In this document: positions 25,194 through 39,308 of the stretch, piece after piece
Layout of the letters: each line of letters starts with the position of its first letter
Numbering within the stretch: the first letter of the stretch is position 1
Assembly (NCBI RefSeq): GCF_018350175.1
Contig: NC_058368.1
Coordinates: 51,151,815 to 51,215,814, forward strand
Source of the DNA: Felis catus
Lineage: Eukaryota
DNA length: 64,000 nucleotides
Reading direction: 5' to 3'
Made by a program: the position numbers and the translations under genes
Notes under the pieces: model-generated
Databases searched by the model: none
What the model saw: the letters and a program-made list of their open reading frames with translations, nothing else
Told to the model about the DNA's origin: nothing

Positions 25194-27082
25194 CTCAAAT
25201 TGATAAAAGCATTTAACATATATACTTTACAGTATAAACAAAGTAAGTGCTATGCATTTTGCTTATAAAGTGACTTAAAGTATTTCAAGCATTATATAAT
25301 TCAATTTGTACAAAAAAGTAAATTTCCGAATAAAGCTTTGGTTAGTAGAACTGATTATGCACTGTCAAATCCATTTTCCAAAGTTGTTCAAGGGAAAAAA
25401 GGCTTCATCCACTATCACATGTATTTCTTGTACAAAGCTTTTTAACTATTTAGTAAGGGGAAAATATTACAATAATTGCTTTTAATTTCCCAGTCTGGAT
25501 CAACCTTTTTTCTTCTCATTTACATGTGGCCGGAACACCATGACTTTTGAAAAGTATAAATTAGGTACAAAATCACCTTTTACTTTTTTCTTAGGAAGGT
25601 GATCTATTTAAAAAATAGATTCGATCTGTAAGACTGATAGCTTCCATTATTACCAAGATGCTTTCTAAAAGTTTCAAGCATTACTATATTATTCCATTGG
25701 GGATAAATCACTTCTAATTTCCCTTAGGAAGGTAATATCTACTAGCACTAGTGCTCAGAATCAAAGCTTATATAATATCTAAAAACAAAAACAAAACTAA
25801 ATGTAACCCCAAACTTAATATTCTTATAGCAATGTATGTTTTACCATTATTCATATGAAAGTAATAAAAATGCTACCTAACTTAAATAATATAAAATAGC
25901 GTTGTAACCAAATTAACAATCACAAAACTGCAGACATTTTTCTATTAAAATTTTCCAGTCCACTGAGCAATATTTACTCAAAAATATGATTATGAACTTA
26001 AATATATCCTCTTTTAAGTTCACTTGTTTATACTGAACAAGTGGTGCTCCTTTTATGATTTTTGAAAATTCTACTTACATAACTAATTCCAAAATGGAAA
26101 ATGAACCATCACTAAAATTCACTGGAGAATATTCTTTCATGGAAATAATTTATAAACATTTTAAAGTTCTACCTTTAATTATTTCAATTTGGCTTTTTTA
26201 AATAGATAAGCTTTTCATTTCAATTACTGTAGTATAATACTTCAAACCTAGCTTAAACAAAGATAAACAAAACCAAGGAGAACTGGCAAAGCATTCCTTG
26301 CTTTACATAGGATGCCTCAAAGTGTCACATACATAGTAACATATCACAGAAGAGAATTTATATGGTTTAGCAGATTATAGAGCAAACCTGAAAGTTTATA
26401 CAAAACTAAACACTGCCTCGCTTCTATTCTGTTTATTTTCTTTTAATTTGATCTTGGCTCTGTTTATTATCTGTCTATAATAACCATTGTGTGACACATA
26501 CCAGTTTTCTAAGAAATCCGATTACTTATACATACCTCTTCAAACAGCTCTGTAACATATTTGAGAACATTCAACCAATCTCTTTCATTCAATATGATAC
26601 AGCCTACATTTTTCTCACAAAATGCTCACTGTCCTGAGCTATATTAAACACCTTATAACAGGTGTATGTATAACTGAAGACCCTAAAATGTCAAGTTTAC
26701 ATTTAAAAAAAAATGCATAGAGAACATAACATTTGGAAAACTTCTTAGTACTCACTTCTCGGATATTATAATATATAGGTGTTGTTTCTTTCAGACTGTA
26801 AAATGTTTCATCTTTATAATTGACTTACTTTCAGATCTGAACCACAGTTTAAAAAATTTTTCTGAGATTTGACTGCTGTTAGGCTAAAGAAACAGATGAA
26901 GTTTTCTGACCAAAACTGGTCCATGGGTCTTCCAATAAACAATCCTTATATATTCAATGCAGATATCAAATTTCCATGCCACAAAATAGAATTACATCAG
27001 AACTACAAGAAATAAACTCTTATCATAATACAGTATTCTTAATGTAAAGGTGCTATTCATCATGCCCTACATCATTCAGTCT

Positions 27083-27726
27083 TTACCAAGTGGGCATCAT
27101 GTCTGGAAACCACACCCTACCAAGATGCTTGGACACCTCCCAATGGATTTGCTCCAGGCTATATTTTTGGTCAGGAATTAATACTTCTTCCATAATGGAT
27201 AATTGAGACAGGCGGCCACCACACATCTTCACAAACTCAACAAAGGCACTACATGAGACTTCACATTCCCCTAGTCCAATAGCTGACAAATTTTTACAAC
27301 GTTCTGCAATGCGAATTAACTCTTCATCAAGTGGCCGTAAGCCATTAGCACACACTACTAGTTCAACTAGTCTAGGGCATGTCATTCCCACACGGCCAAG
27401 CACATCTTTGCTTACTGATCTCCCAAAGTAAAGATGGGTGGCAGGTATTTCATACCGAAAGAATGGATCAAATTCCTCTTCATATAAAAAAAAATACATC
27501 ACTAAGTTCACTTTTGGTGAATGTCTGATGAAAGCATCCCAGCTGCTTTTCTGAATAGTATGGAAGTGTGTCTGTCCAGGATTCTCACTGACTACATCAA
27601 TGCGCAAATGTTCTAATCGAACGTGTTTTTCAGAAGATAAAGCCAGCAGCAATTCATCACTTAACAAGTGGTAATTCAGGGCCAGTTCACGTAAGCCATG
27701 ACATTGATCAGCCACACAAAGGATAC
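27083..27726 (-). CDS. FBXL3: FBXL3 terminal coding exon (LRRs and CRY-binding tail)
   Basis: Acceptor cctag|GT. Encodes [19 protein letters not shown]...[12 protein letters not shown]. Spliced CDS 348+123+172+644=1287 nt, 428 aa, the known FBXL3 length. Confidence 0.97.
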
Positions 27727-27999
27727 CTAGGAAGAAATAGTGTCTAATTATTTACAAATTTTTGTACGAGTTCATCACCTGTTCAAAAAATTTAATCAAA
27801 TGCATGTCTCAAAATTTTACCATATTTCCCTATCATAAAGCTATACAATTTAAAATTTAGTTATATGGTTGAACTAGCAGAAAGTCACATTTAAAAACCT
27901 ACTACTAAATCTGTCTATAAGAAAATGAGACTAATTCTAAACCTGATACCATAAAAAGAAATAAAGCTCACTTATAAACTTACAATTATAAATTTGTTT

Positions 28000-29672
28000 T
28001 ACAGTTTATTTATTTAGAGAGAGAGAGTGCGAGTAGGGGAGGGGCAGAGAGAGAGGGCGAAAGAGAATCCCAAGGAGGCTCCAGATGCCAGTGCTGAGCC
28101 CAATGCGGGGCTCGAATCATGAAATCGTATGACCATGACCTGAGCCGAAACCAAGAGTCAGACGCTTAACCAACTGAGCCACCCAGGTGTTCCAACAATT
28201 ACAAATTATTAATAAATACAGATGACCCTTAAACAACACAGGGGTTAGGGGCACTGACTCCTGTATAGTTGAAAATCTATGTATAACTTTTGACTCCTCA
28301 CTCAATTACTAATAGCCTAGTGTTAGCCAGATGCCTTACTGATAACATAAACAGTCAATATATATTTACTTATATTCTTACAACATTCTTACAATAAGAA
28401 TACTACATTCTTACAACAAAGCTAGAGAAAAGAAAATCATAAAAGGAAATATATTTACAGTATAATATTGTATTTACTGAAAAAAATCCACAGGTATATG
28501 GACCCACAGTTCAAACCCATGTTGTTCAAGGATTAGCTACATGTACCATAACTAACGTTTACCCCAGTAATGCATGGACAGTGTTATATTTTTTTAAAAA
28601 AACTGATTACAAACACCAAACCTATAGGTTAAGCAAGAAAAATTACATGATCATCACTACAGAGGCCAAAAGACATTTTTGGAAATTAAAAATTTAATTC
28701 TAATTAAAAAGAAAAAAGAGGTAAAGCCACATAAAAGAATCTATGTAACTAAAACATTTGAAAGGTTGTTAAAAAAGATTTCTATCGGGGCTCCTGGGTG
28801 GCTCAGTCGGTTAAGCGTCCAACTTCGGCTCAGGTCATGATCTCGCGGTTCGTGAGTTCAAGCCCCCGTCGGGCTCTGTGCTAACAGCTCAGAGCCTGGA
28901 GCCTGTTTCAGATTCTGTGCCTCCTGCTCTCTCTCTGACCCTCCCCTGTTCATGCTCTGTCTCTCTCTGTCTCAAAATAAATAAACGTCAAAAAAAAAAA
29001 AAAAAGATTTCTATCAAGGGAGCAAAATTTTTTTAACAGCTTATTAGTGTCTAATAAACTCAACAAATTTCTCAGAAAAAAATACCAAGATACCACTAGA
29101 TAAATGAGTCAAAGGTAACCAATTCACATTAATGGAAATAGTAATTATAACTAACAAATTCTTAACATATCCAGAAAGCAGTTCCACAAATGGTCCCTAT
29201 ACTTAGCATGCTATGCTTCAGAACTGTCCAAACCCCTATCAAGCAGATCTTACCAAAGGTCAGCATCTGATTTCTGAAATGGCCTAATACTAAAATTCTA
29301 CCCCAGACAGCCTATAGTACTTGATAAACGACCCATTCAAACCATTTCTTTCTGGTGTTTAGAAACAAGGATAGGAACAAAACACACATCATATTATCTA
29401 TTATTTATTGTACAGTATGATATGTCAGGTACTAAATATACTCAAAAATCTAGAAAAATAAATTATTTCAACGTTTAGTTATTTTTGGGACAGAGAGAGA
29501 CAGAGCATGAACGGGGGAGGGGCAGAGAGAGAGGGAGACACAGAATCGGAAACAGGCTCCAGGCTCTAAGCCATCAGCACAGAGCCCAATGCGGGGCTCG
29601 AACTCACGGACCGCGAGATCGTGACCTGGCTGAAGTCGGGACGCTTAACCGACTGCGCCACCCAGGCACCCC
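28000..29672. mobile_element. Three CAN-SINEs in the FBXL3 last intron (28000-28192 -, 28787-29005 +, 29465-29672 -)
   Basis: SINE head/tail structure. TSDs aaaaagatttctatc and gaaaaataaattattt. Confidence 0.85.
28217..28540. mobile_element. Tigger3/MER7-like MITE, second copy
   Basis: cagatgacccttaaacaacac...cccatgttgttcaagga. Internal sequence resembles the 7860-8640 copy. Confidence 0.75.
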
Positions 29673-30439
29673 GAAAAATAAATTATTTCTATTTTGAAGT
29701 TGATGCAACTAAAGACAAACACAAACTGAGTGACTCTTAAGTTCATGTGCTTAACTACTGCTTGAGAAGTGACAAGACAGAGGCACCAATAAGGCAAAGC
29801 TTAAAAGCAGTGGGAGGAGAATCAGTAAAGAGGTAAACTGAATCACCAGTGTAAGAGTCACCAAAAGACATCTGTGCTTTACTATTCAGCCACTACAAAG
29901 TTTCTGTTCTCTACAAGGTTTCTGTGTACTTTGAAATAAACCTTCATAACCTGAACACTTCTGTTCTTTGCAATCTTATAAAGCTTGATATAAAAAGAAA
30001 ATAAATACACAGGGAATGGAAACCAAAGATGCAAATAAAAGAAACTGAGATATCATTTAGTAACTATTAAAGCAGTTGTGGCAGGCATAATTCTAAAAGT
30101 CCAAGTCCCCAAGATTCTACAACCTAATCCCCAGCACCTGTAATGTGAGGAGATACCACTCCCATGATTATATTATATTGCACAGTTGGCTTTAAAACAA
30201 GATTGTCCAGGCAGTTCTAATCTAATCACATGAGCCCTTTAAAAGCTGAGTTTTCTTTGGCCAGTTTCAGAAAAGAAGTCAGACTCACAGCTTCCCTGGC
30301 TAGGCAGAGAAGCTAGCTAAGCAATGGCTATATCTGTGACCTACAGAGCTGTGACACTACCAAATGAGTGCTGGTTTAACGTGCTAAATTTGTAGTTGTT
30401 GGTTATGCAGCAATAGGAAATTTAATTAAACAGTTACTA

Positions 30440-30660
30440 TATAATTCAGCAATTCCACTCCTAGGTACATACCCAAAAGAAATTACACCATTTATCTACA
30501 CAAAATCTTACACAGGAATTTTCATAGCAGCATCATTCATAACAGTCAAAAGGTGGAAACAATGCAAATATCCATCAAATGATCAATAGATAAATGTGGT
30601 ACAATCCATACAATGGAACATTATTTGGCAATAAAAAGAAATGAAACACTGATACATGCT
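30440..30660 (+). mobile_element. Old L1 3' fragment
   Basis: cagcaattccactcctaggtacatacccaaaaga...ccatacaatggaacattatttggcaataaaaagaaatgaa is typical of the L1 ORF2 end. Confidence 0.75.
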
Positions 30661-31559
30661 AAAAAGTGTATAGAAATTCACTGTTGGTACTATTGTAAAT
30701 TCACACAACTCATTTAGAAGAAAATACAGCAAAAAGCTGTATATAAAAAAGATCTGGACCCTCTGATCTACTTCTTCCACTTTACCATCTGTCCTATGGA
30801 AGAAACTGGTAGAAGCAAACTGCTTCGTGCCAAAATGGTTCATTTTTTAAATCACAGCAAAAATGTAGAAACAAGTATCCAACCTTAAAAGAATTATAAG
30901 ACAAATGTTGGCTTACCAACAGCATAGAACACTAAGTAACTAAATGTTCATTAGTTCAACTAATAATGAGTGTCAAGCACTGGTGCTAAGATGGTAAAGA
31001 TGCAACATGAACAAGACATCCTTATCATAATAGCAGGCAGCAGAGAATTAAACAAGGATGCTCTGGGTGTCCTAGCAAGGGGATCAGGGAAGATTTCCCA
31101 GAACTAACACAGTGAGACATAAAGAATTAGAAGTATCAAGCTAGGGCAAAAGATAGGGGAGAAGGAAAGTGAACTTTATTTCCTGTGTGAACACCCACAC
31201 ATGGAAGAAACACAAGCATTCCAAGAACTGAAGCATTCCAAGCCTTCAGGTCAACATACAGTATGCAAGTAAGGTAACATCTTAAAGGATGAAGCCCCAT
31301 AGAGAGGCAAGGGCTAGATCATATGGGACCTTGTCAGCCTCAGTAAGTAAGGAGTTTGGATCTTATCTAAAGCATAGTGAGAACATTTGAAGAAAACTGG
31401 AGAAAAATATCTGATTTATATTTTAGAAAGATTACTCTGTAGCATAGAAATCACATTAGAGAAGAATAAGCTGCAAGTTAGGAAATCAGTGTAAGAGGGT
31501 ACTGCACAAAGATTACAGAGACCTGTACTACAGGAGTAAGAGTGGAGATGAAGAAGGCA

Positions 31560-31900
31560 GAGTGTCTTAGTTCAAGTTGCTTAACAGAATACCACAGACA
31601 GGGTGGCTTAAGCAATAAACATTTACTCTTCACAGTTCTGGAGCCTGGAAGTCCAATCTGGATGGTCAGGTTCTGATGAGGACCACAACTCTTCCTGGCT
31701 TGTGGATAGCCACCTTCTTGCTGTATCTTCACATGGTGAAAAAGAAATCATCTCTCTCCTGCCTCTTCTTATAAGGGCACTAATGCCATTTATGAGACCT
31801 CCACCCTCATGACCTAACTATCTCCCAACCGAACTCCAAATACTACCACACTGCAGCTTAGAGCTTTAGCAATATGAATAGAAGGGGATCAGAATAAATC
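31560..31900 (+). mobile_element. MaLR (MLT1-like) solo LTR
   Basis: ataccacagacagggtggcttaa...cacagttctggagcctggaagtcc...cttataagggcactaat are MLT1 hallmarks. Confidence 0.75.
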
Positions 31901-34172
31901 ATCAGTCCACAGTGTAGACTCAAGGCCTATTTCAATGATGGAATCATCAGACCTTGGTGACTGAAAGGATGTAGAAAGTAAGGGTAGGAAGAATCAAGGA
32001 TGTCTGTCAGGTCCCTGACAACCAGATGGATGGAGCCATTTACTGAGATAGCACAAAGGAAAAAGCAAGAGATTTAGACAGGGGGAGAAGAAAGTTCATT
32101 CATCTGAAGCACCAGTGAGACATTCTAGAGGAACTGGGCCACTGGCAGCTCAACACATAGCTCTGGAGTTCCAGAGACACTGTAAGTGGGAAGTATTAAC
32201 ATACAGAATGTAACTGACACAACAGATGATGACGACAGCCCAGAGTTTACATAGTAAAACAAAAAAGGACTCAGCACAGAACACAGTGAAACACCAAAAT
32301 TTAAGGAATGAAAAGAGAAATCAGCAAAAGAAATGGTAGGAACAATCACAGAAGAAGGAAAACGACATAATATGGTATCAGAGTCAACAGTCACTAGCGT
32401 TGAATGGTGCCTAAACATCAAGCAGTAGACAACTGTAAGGACTATATAAAATAGGAGAAAAGTTTGATAAAATATTCAGTGACTAAAGAACAGAAAAAAA
32501 TCCTTGATTTCAACTTAGAAAAAGAAATAGTTTTGCATAGTCCCAATATGCAAAATATGGATAGAAAGTAAATATGCAAATATATTAAATTTTAAATTAT
32601 AATCGTCTAAGGTTATACTCTTAAATTTAAAAGTATTTGAGGTGTACAACTTGCCCAAAAGCCATGAGGTAAGACCAAGCAAGTTTATACTACCCTCTCA
32701 GAATTGATGTGTATATTTAATAAAAGTAAATTAACATGAGATGTACCAGGATAAAAAGAATAATGAACTCATAGTCTCACTGAGAACCCAGAGACCCAAA
32801 AGCTCTCATAGAGTGTGGGAAGTGCTGAAGTTACATTCAGAGTGCTATGGAAACAACACATGGTGGTTCTAAACCAGAGAGGAGAAAATAAGAACAAAAC
32901 CAGATCATCTGAGTTGAATTCTGAAGGCTGGCCTGGACTCGGCTAGATGAAGAAGTGGGAGGAAAAAACATATTCCACAAGTACAGTGTACTAACCACAC
33001 ACACACAGGTACAAAGAACCTTAGTTATTATAGGACTCAAGTAAAAGCTACACATGAATGAGTAGCAAACAAGATTAAAGAGATAGGTGGAGGTGAGGAT
33101 ACAAAGGACCTTGTACAGTATGAAGCTACGAGGTATGGACCTCACTCCCATGGCAACCCATACAGTAAACAGAAAATGTGACCAAGGTCATGTAAGAAAT
33201 AACTGCCAAAAGTCCATTCTTCCTAAGTTCCAGACTGTTTAGATTATCACCTTCAGGAAAAATCTAGAAGTGGCAGAAACAGCTAGGGAAATACTACAAT
33301 AGACTAGCCATTCCTGTCACCAAGACCTTCCCTGTAGGAGACAAAGAACACTAAGAAATCTCCATCCAAGAAGAAATCACTTTCTTGGGGGAAGTCCGGG
33401 CTTTAGTCATGGCAAGAAGGTAGGAAGTATTTTGTAAAGATATCAAGGATTTAACACTGTCTTTTAAAAACGGGTTTCCCAAGTAACACAGCCAAAAGAC
33501 TGGGAGGGATGTCAACAGTGGGAGGATATGTCAGAAGTGAAGCATCAGAAAGTAATAATACCAAGTGTGAGTTTATACTTATTTTATAATACAAACTATT
33601 TGGAATTTAAATAATCTGAAACTGAATAATGCAGTAATGCTTAGAAAATTCTATGTAAGAAAAGTTGGAAAGAGCTTTCACAATGCTATTCCCCATTTGA
33701 TGGGTTCTTGGCTCCAAGATTCAAGTTAGGAAAAGGGTTATCTTGCAAAATGTTAAGGTGGCAACTTCAGCACAACTCTCCTCCCTCTACATAGTGAGAA
33801 GAAAAGCAATTATGAGATTGCTCTGATTCAAAACCTACCCTGCTGGCTCAACTACAATTAAAGAAAGTTCTATATTATCTAAAGGGCACCTCAGGCAAAT
33901 CTAATACTGTCCTTTTTTTTTTTTTTTTAATCCATATTCTAACAGTTTGGACACAAGCTGACAAGTAAGAGTAAAAAATAAGTTGAAAATAAGTGTCTAG
34001 GCTAGGAATGTTACAGAAATTTATGTTACTGTATCATGACATTAAAAATGTTTATGCAAAAGGGATGAAATAATCATATTAACCCACCCTCAAGGTTAAT
34101 GATCAGTTTTTAATTCGATAAATACATCAGTCCATTTTAGTAAGATGTTACCTGGCAAAAAACACAACATAC

Positions 34173-34344
34173 CTGCTGGAGAGACATGAGGACAGCTGCT
34201 CATTTTCAGCAGCTTGAGTGTATCGCTGTTGTTGGCCACTAGTACTTTGAGGGATGGATCATCTACTGGGGTATCATCTATCTTAAGCGACGACAAGGAT
34301 TTGGAATTTACAAACACTACTGTCAGTGCAGAAATAAAGTGAGA
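34173..34344 (-). CDS. FBXL3: FBXL3 coding exon 3
   Basis: Acceptor tttttag|TCT. Encodes [57 protein letters not shown]. Donor G|gtatgt. 172 nt. Confidence 0.96.
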
Positions 34345-36513
34345 CTAAAAAGCAAAAAAAATGGAAACAGTTTCAACTTTCAGGCATGAGAATTGAGGGG
34401 TGTTCACATAAGACATATAGTTCACATATAGTTCATCTGAACCCTAATGATGTATCCCATAACTGTTTTAGGGGTAGCATCCTTTCACTCTGTTGTTGGG
34501 GGTATGGTAAAAAAGGGAGGTGACTATTTGCTATCTTTGAGAAAAGTCTTTTTACCTGTAGCAAAATGAGATTTCAAGCCTCTAAATCACAATAATCACT
34601 GGTAAGTAAAAAGTAAAAAGATGAATTACAGAATCGGGGATGAGAATACCTCCAGTGTTTTGTAACACTGAACTGCATTCTTTTTTGGTCTGATAGTTAA
34701 CCATTAAAATAGTAATAAAATTACTAGCATAATCATTAGAAATTAGAATATCAACTCAGGCTCACTTGAAACAAAAAAGCTCACAGAAAATTTGATTCTA
34801 AAATAAGCAAAATCATACCTAAATAAAATTCCAAGTTTAAAACTCCTTTAAATATGTTAAATTATCTACAGTATTTTCAAGCCATTCATTTTAATGTATT
34901 TTTCCACAAATATACCACTTATTATTCCATTTATTATATACATGTAATTATCTCTTGGACACAGAATCTGACCTCAAGGAACCACTGTAGGGCAACAGGA
35001 ATTAAAGCATGGTCAGAGTATGTAACGTGGAATCAGCTAAAACCAATGGGCAAAGGATCCAGGAGTAGGAAAGAGAGGTCAACATATGCTCCGACACCTT
35101 CCTCTACATAACCAATCTCACCCTCCACTTACCTTTATAAATTCACTACAGCAATGAAAAGGAATGAGGGCAAGCTAACAGCCAAGAAAGTACAAAGAAA
35201 CACCATTTGCATGATCACATTCGCTAACTTAATTTTCCTCTACAATTAAATAACTGGTTAACCACTTAAATTTTGATTAGGTAACTTTCTGCCTATTTAA
35301 ATGTTAACTCTTTCTAATATTTTCACCTCAAACTCAATTATACCTTGTACAGTCCCATTTCATTAGTATACTCATGACTGCATCTTCATGACTGCATCCC
35401 TGCCTTTTTTTTTCCATTTCCCTCAGATTTATCTGAGGTCAAATATACTTCTTTCATGTTTTCTACAGTTCTTCCAGGACTTCCAAGGTACAGTAACACC
35501 CTACTTCAATCTTCTACAAGAGCTAAAATGGGGGGGGGGGGCGAGGTGAAGAACAACATAAGCATCTTAGGCCCATTTAATAAGGAAGGAAGCCATCCCA
35601 GATGCATCATAGTTCCCAAAGACAAAACTACTTCATGTAACTACAGTACTAGTACTACATCTGTATAATGATAATCTTGAGTAACAAGAAAAAAAGGAAA
35701 TTAAATTTGTTAAGCATACCTTTTCATGTGGTATATTTTACTATACCATATCTATTTGTTTTTTTAACTATGGTATGTACACAGAAAATCAATTCAAAAT
35801 ATATCATTTCCCATATGAAGCTTGAACAAGGTGCTACTATACCATGTCAGTCAGTCCTCTGACTTAATAAGAATCTCCTGGATGTCTCATAGGAAGGGGA
35901 AATTTGAAACAGGGAATGTAACCCAAAATTTCCAAGTTTCTTAGATGATTTTTATGCACATTAAGTTCAAGAACCTCAGTGCTCTGACTCATGTACTTAG
36001 AATCTTAAAATGCTGAACAGAATCTCTTACCTATTTCCCTTATTTTATAGGAGGAAAACGTTTTAACTCAAATGTATATATTTAAAGAACCTTTTTAAAC
36101 ACCAATTAAGACTTTGAAATCAACTGGTGATACATTTGTTACAAATATTCCATTCCATAACCACCTGAGTTATAATACACACTCAACTTAGTACTATTTC
36201 TTCCTGAATCATTCTAGTAAATTAAACTGTTAGATATGTAAAGGGGTATCTATATCTTAGTTTGCAGTGTACTCTGAAAAAAACCTTTCAAATTACTGTT
36301 GCATGCTAACCTACCCAACATTAGTTAACATACTCAGGAGGCCTTTATCAGCTGCCTTCTAAAAATGCACTTATTTTTTTTCTATTTTAAGAGTCTAGTT
36401 ATTAGAGACACTATCTTACTATACGCAGGATCATGTTAGAACATATATATGAACATAAATAGTTCACTGTTCACCAAAAAAAAAAAAAGCTTTCTTTAAA
36501 TAAAATCTGTAAA

Positions 36514-36745
36514 GGGGTGCCTGGGTGGCTCAGTCGGTTAAGCAGCCGACTTCAGCTCAGGTCATGATTTCACGGTCCGTGAGTTTGAGCCCTGCGTCGG
36601 GCTCTGTGCTGACAGCTCAGAGCCTGGAGCCTGTTTCAGATTCTGTGTCTCCCTCTCTCTGACCCTCCCCCGTTCATGCTCTCTCTCTGTCTCAAAAATA
36701 TATTAAAAAAAAAAAAAAAAGTTAAAATAAATAAATAAATAAAAT
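36514..36745 (+). mobile_element. CAN-SINE
   Basis: SINE body with flanking taaataaaatctgtaaag duplication. Confidence 0.88.
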
Positions 36746-37211
36746 CTGTAAAGTAATCCAAGTATACTAAATTTGCTCAGGAATAAATCTATACACAATT
36801 ACCAGAAGATTTTATAAATAAGCTATACCTGTTCTCACTACTGGCACTGTCTACTTTTCTTTGATTGTAATTTCACAAATCTGCTCTGAAAGTCCAAAAA
36901 GGAGCTGCTATATGTCCTTTTCCTAATTTGCTTCTCAGTTTTAGTCACTTTTAGTACATCTCTTTGCTGAATCCTCTGCAAATTCACTCACTCTTTAACT
37001 TTTCCCATCAAGAAGCACAAGGTGATCAGAAAAAGGAAAAGCTTTATTAAAACTCCTATTGTCTGACATTCTAAATAAACAGTAACTAGTTTTCCATTAT
37101 GTATACTATTTTTCTTACACTCCCATGGTCACTACAAGAAATGACCACTACAAGGGCAGGGCTTCTATCGGATTTCTCAGTAACTGCCAACAACATAAAA
37201 CCAGCAAATAC

Positions 37212-37334
37212 CTTTGGTAAATCCATAAAGCTTGGCCGAGCCGTTGAAATAAGTCCAAGTGTTTTTAATGAGCAATTTACCAGTTGCGATAATATATCAC
37301 AAGCTGCTTCAGCTGATTCTTTGCTGCTGTCCAC
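37212..37334 (-). CDS. FBXL3: FBXL3 coding exon 2
   Basis: Acceptor ttttctaag|GTG. Encodes [41 protein letters not shown]. Donor AAG|gtatt. 123 nt. Confidence 0.96.
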
Positions 37335-37877
37335 CTTAGAAAAGAACACACCATTTACCTATGCATATATTTACATTTCTCTGTGTGACCTTAATTTTAC
37401 AGAAGAAACAGTTATTAGTTTATTACATTACAAATAATCTCCATCTAAGAAGGAATGATGTGAGAGCAGACAAGACTAGTTTTGGCAAAGAACTTGAATT
37501 AAGAACCACTGCTTTATCTAGGTTTAATGTGACCTGTTAAATAAATGCTAGCTATGGGTAATCAGGTATTCATGTGTTACTTTTCAAAAATTATCAGGTA
37601 GGTTAAAGATTTAGTAAACATGCCTACATTCCATTATTCATCCCCAAAACAAAATACTATAAGCCTCTGTACTCCTATAAACCACTGTGATTCCTTAAAC
37701 TACTCTAGACATCTCAAAAAGCCACCCCACTTCAATTATCTCATCACTGCATGAATTCCAGTATGTCCCTTCTGGCAATGAAAAGAAACAAACGGTTCTC
37801 TTTGGCATTCTTCCACGTCCTTTTTTCTATTTCTCTCTAAAATATATTCATCTAAACCTTTTACATAAAATTTCTGA

Positions 37878-38810
37878 GGGATGCCTGGGTGGCTCAGTCG
37901 ATTAAGCATCCGACTTCGGCTCAGGTCATGGGGTTTGTGAGTTCGAGCCCCTGCTGGGCTCTGTGCTGACAGCTTGGAGCCTGGAGCCTGCTTCAGATTC
38001 TGTGTCTCCCTCTCTCTGCTAACCCTAACCCTAACCCCGCTCATGCTCACTCACTCTCTCTCAATAACAAACATTAAAAAATTTTTTTTATCTCCTTTTT
38101 CTTTGAAAACCCCATATCATAAAGCCATCAATAAGCAGAATTCAGTCTCTATTAAACAGTAATAGCAATTAAGTTTTAGTCAATCATAATCTCCATTTTT
38201 TTTTTTAAGAGAGTGAGCACAAGCAGGAGAGATGGGCAGAGGGAGAGAGAGAATCTTAAGCAGGCTCCACACTGAGCATGGAGCCCAATGCGGACTTGAT
38301 CCCACAACCCTGGGATTATGACCTGAACGAAATCAAGAGTCAGACGCTCAAATGACTGAGCCACCCAGGCACCCCTTCACATTTTTTATTTATTTTATTG
38401 TATATTTTTTCCTCAAACTTATTGAAAATAATTCAATGTGACTGACAGCTTTAGTAAATGATTTATGCTTATTTAGTAGCTGCTTCTGTTCTTTTAATAA
38501 ATTATGAATTATGATAAAAATAAAAAAATAACTATGTTAAAAATTATGATAAAAGTAACAGCTGGAATTAGTTCTGCAGCTTCTAAATGATATAAAAAGT
38601 ATTTTTTTAATGTTTATTTATTTTTGAGAGACAGAGACAGACTGGGAGCAGGAGATGGGCAGAGAGAGAAGGAGACACAGATTCCAAAGCAGGCTCCAGG
38701 CTCTGAGCTGTCAGCACAGAGCCCAACGCGAGGCTCGAACTCAAAAACAGCGAGATCATGACCTGAGCCGAAGTCGGATGCTTAACCGAATGAGCCATCC
38801 AGGTGCCCCT
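37878..38810. mobile_element. Three CAN-SINEs in an FBXL3 intron (37878-38080 +, 38195-38375 -, 38602-38810 -)
   Basis: SINE head, CT tract and tail structure. Confidence 0.85.
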
Positions 38811-38960
38811 CTGCAGCTTCTAATGTATACAACAATTCTAATCATTAAGAACTTTCTCTAAAAAGGCAATATTTTAAAAACATGAGAACATATTTTGGCT
38901 TAGGATAAAAAAAGCCACTGAATATACTTTATTTTTTAAAAGAAGGATTTAAAGTATTAC

Positions 38961-39308
38961 CTTGAAGCTGACATATTGCAGATGGTTTGAATGTCTTTTA
39001 ATAATCTGTTTGATCAGCTCCGGGTGTGTAGCTTTCAAGTAAGATGTAGCTGGCTGATTCAGTTCAAATTCAAAACATCTCCACAAGTCAGGCATGTGAA
39101 ATACCTGGTTCCAGTTGCGGCAAACTTGTGAAGCATGAGCCCGGTCAAGAAGAGGCAAATACTTAAATACTTGGAGAATAATGTCCTGAAGGAGATTACC
39201 CCAATCACAAGTCTGAGATTGCTCATTTGTAGTCCTCAGTTTCTTAGATTTCTCTGCAGTACCTTCTTCTGATAAATTATGGTCACTATCTCTTCCTCCT
39301 CGTTTCAT
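38961..39308 (-). CDS. FBXL3: FBXL3 first coding exon (contains the F-box)
   Basis: MKRGGRDSD...[33 protein letters not shown]...YVSFK. Acceptor tag|G-ATG (exon starts at 39309). Donor AAG|gtaat. 116 codons. Confidence 0.97.
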
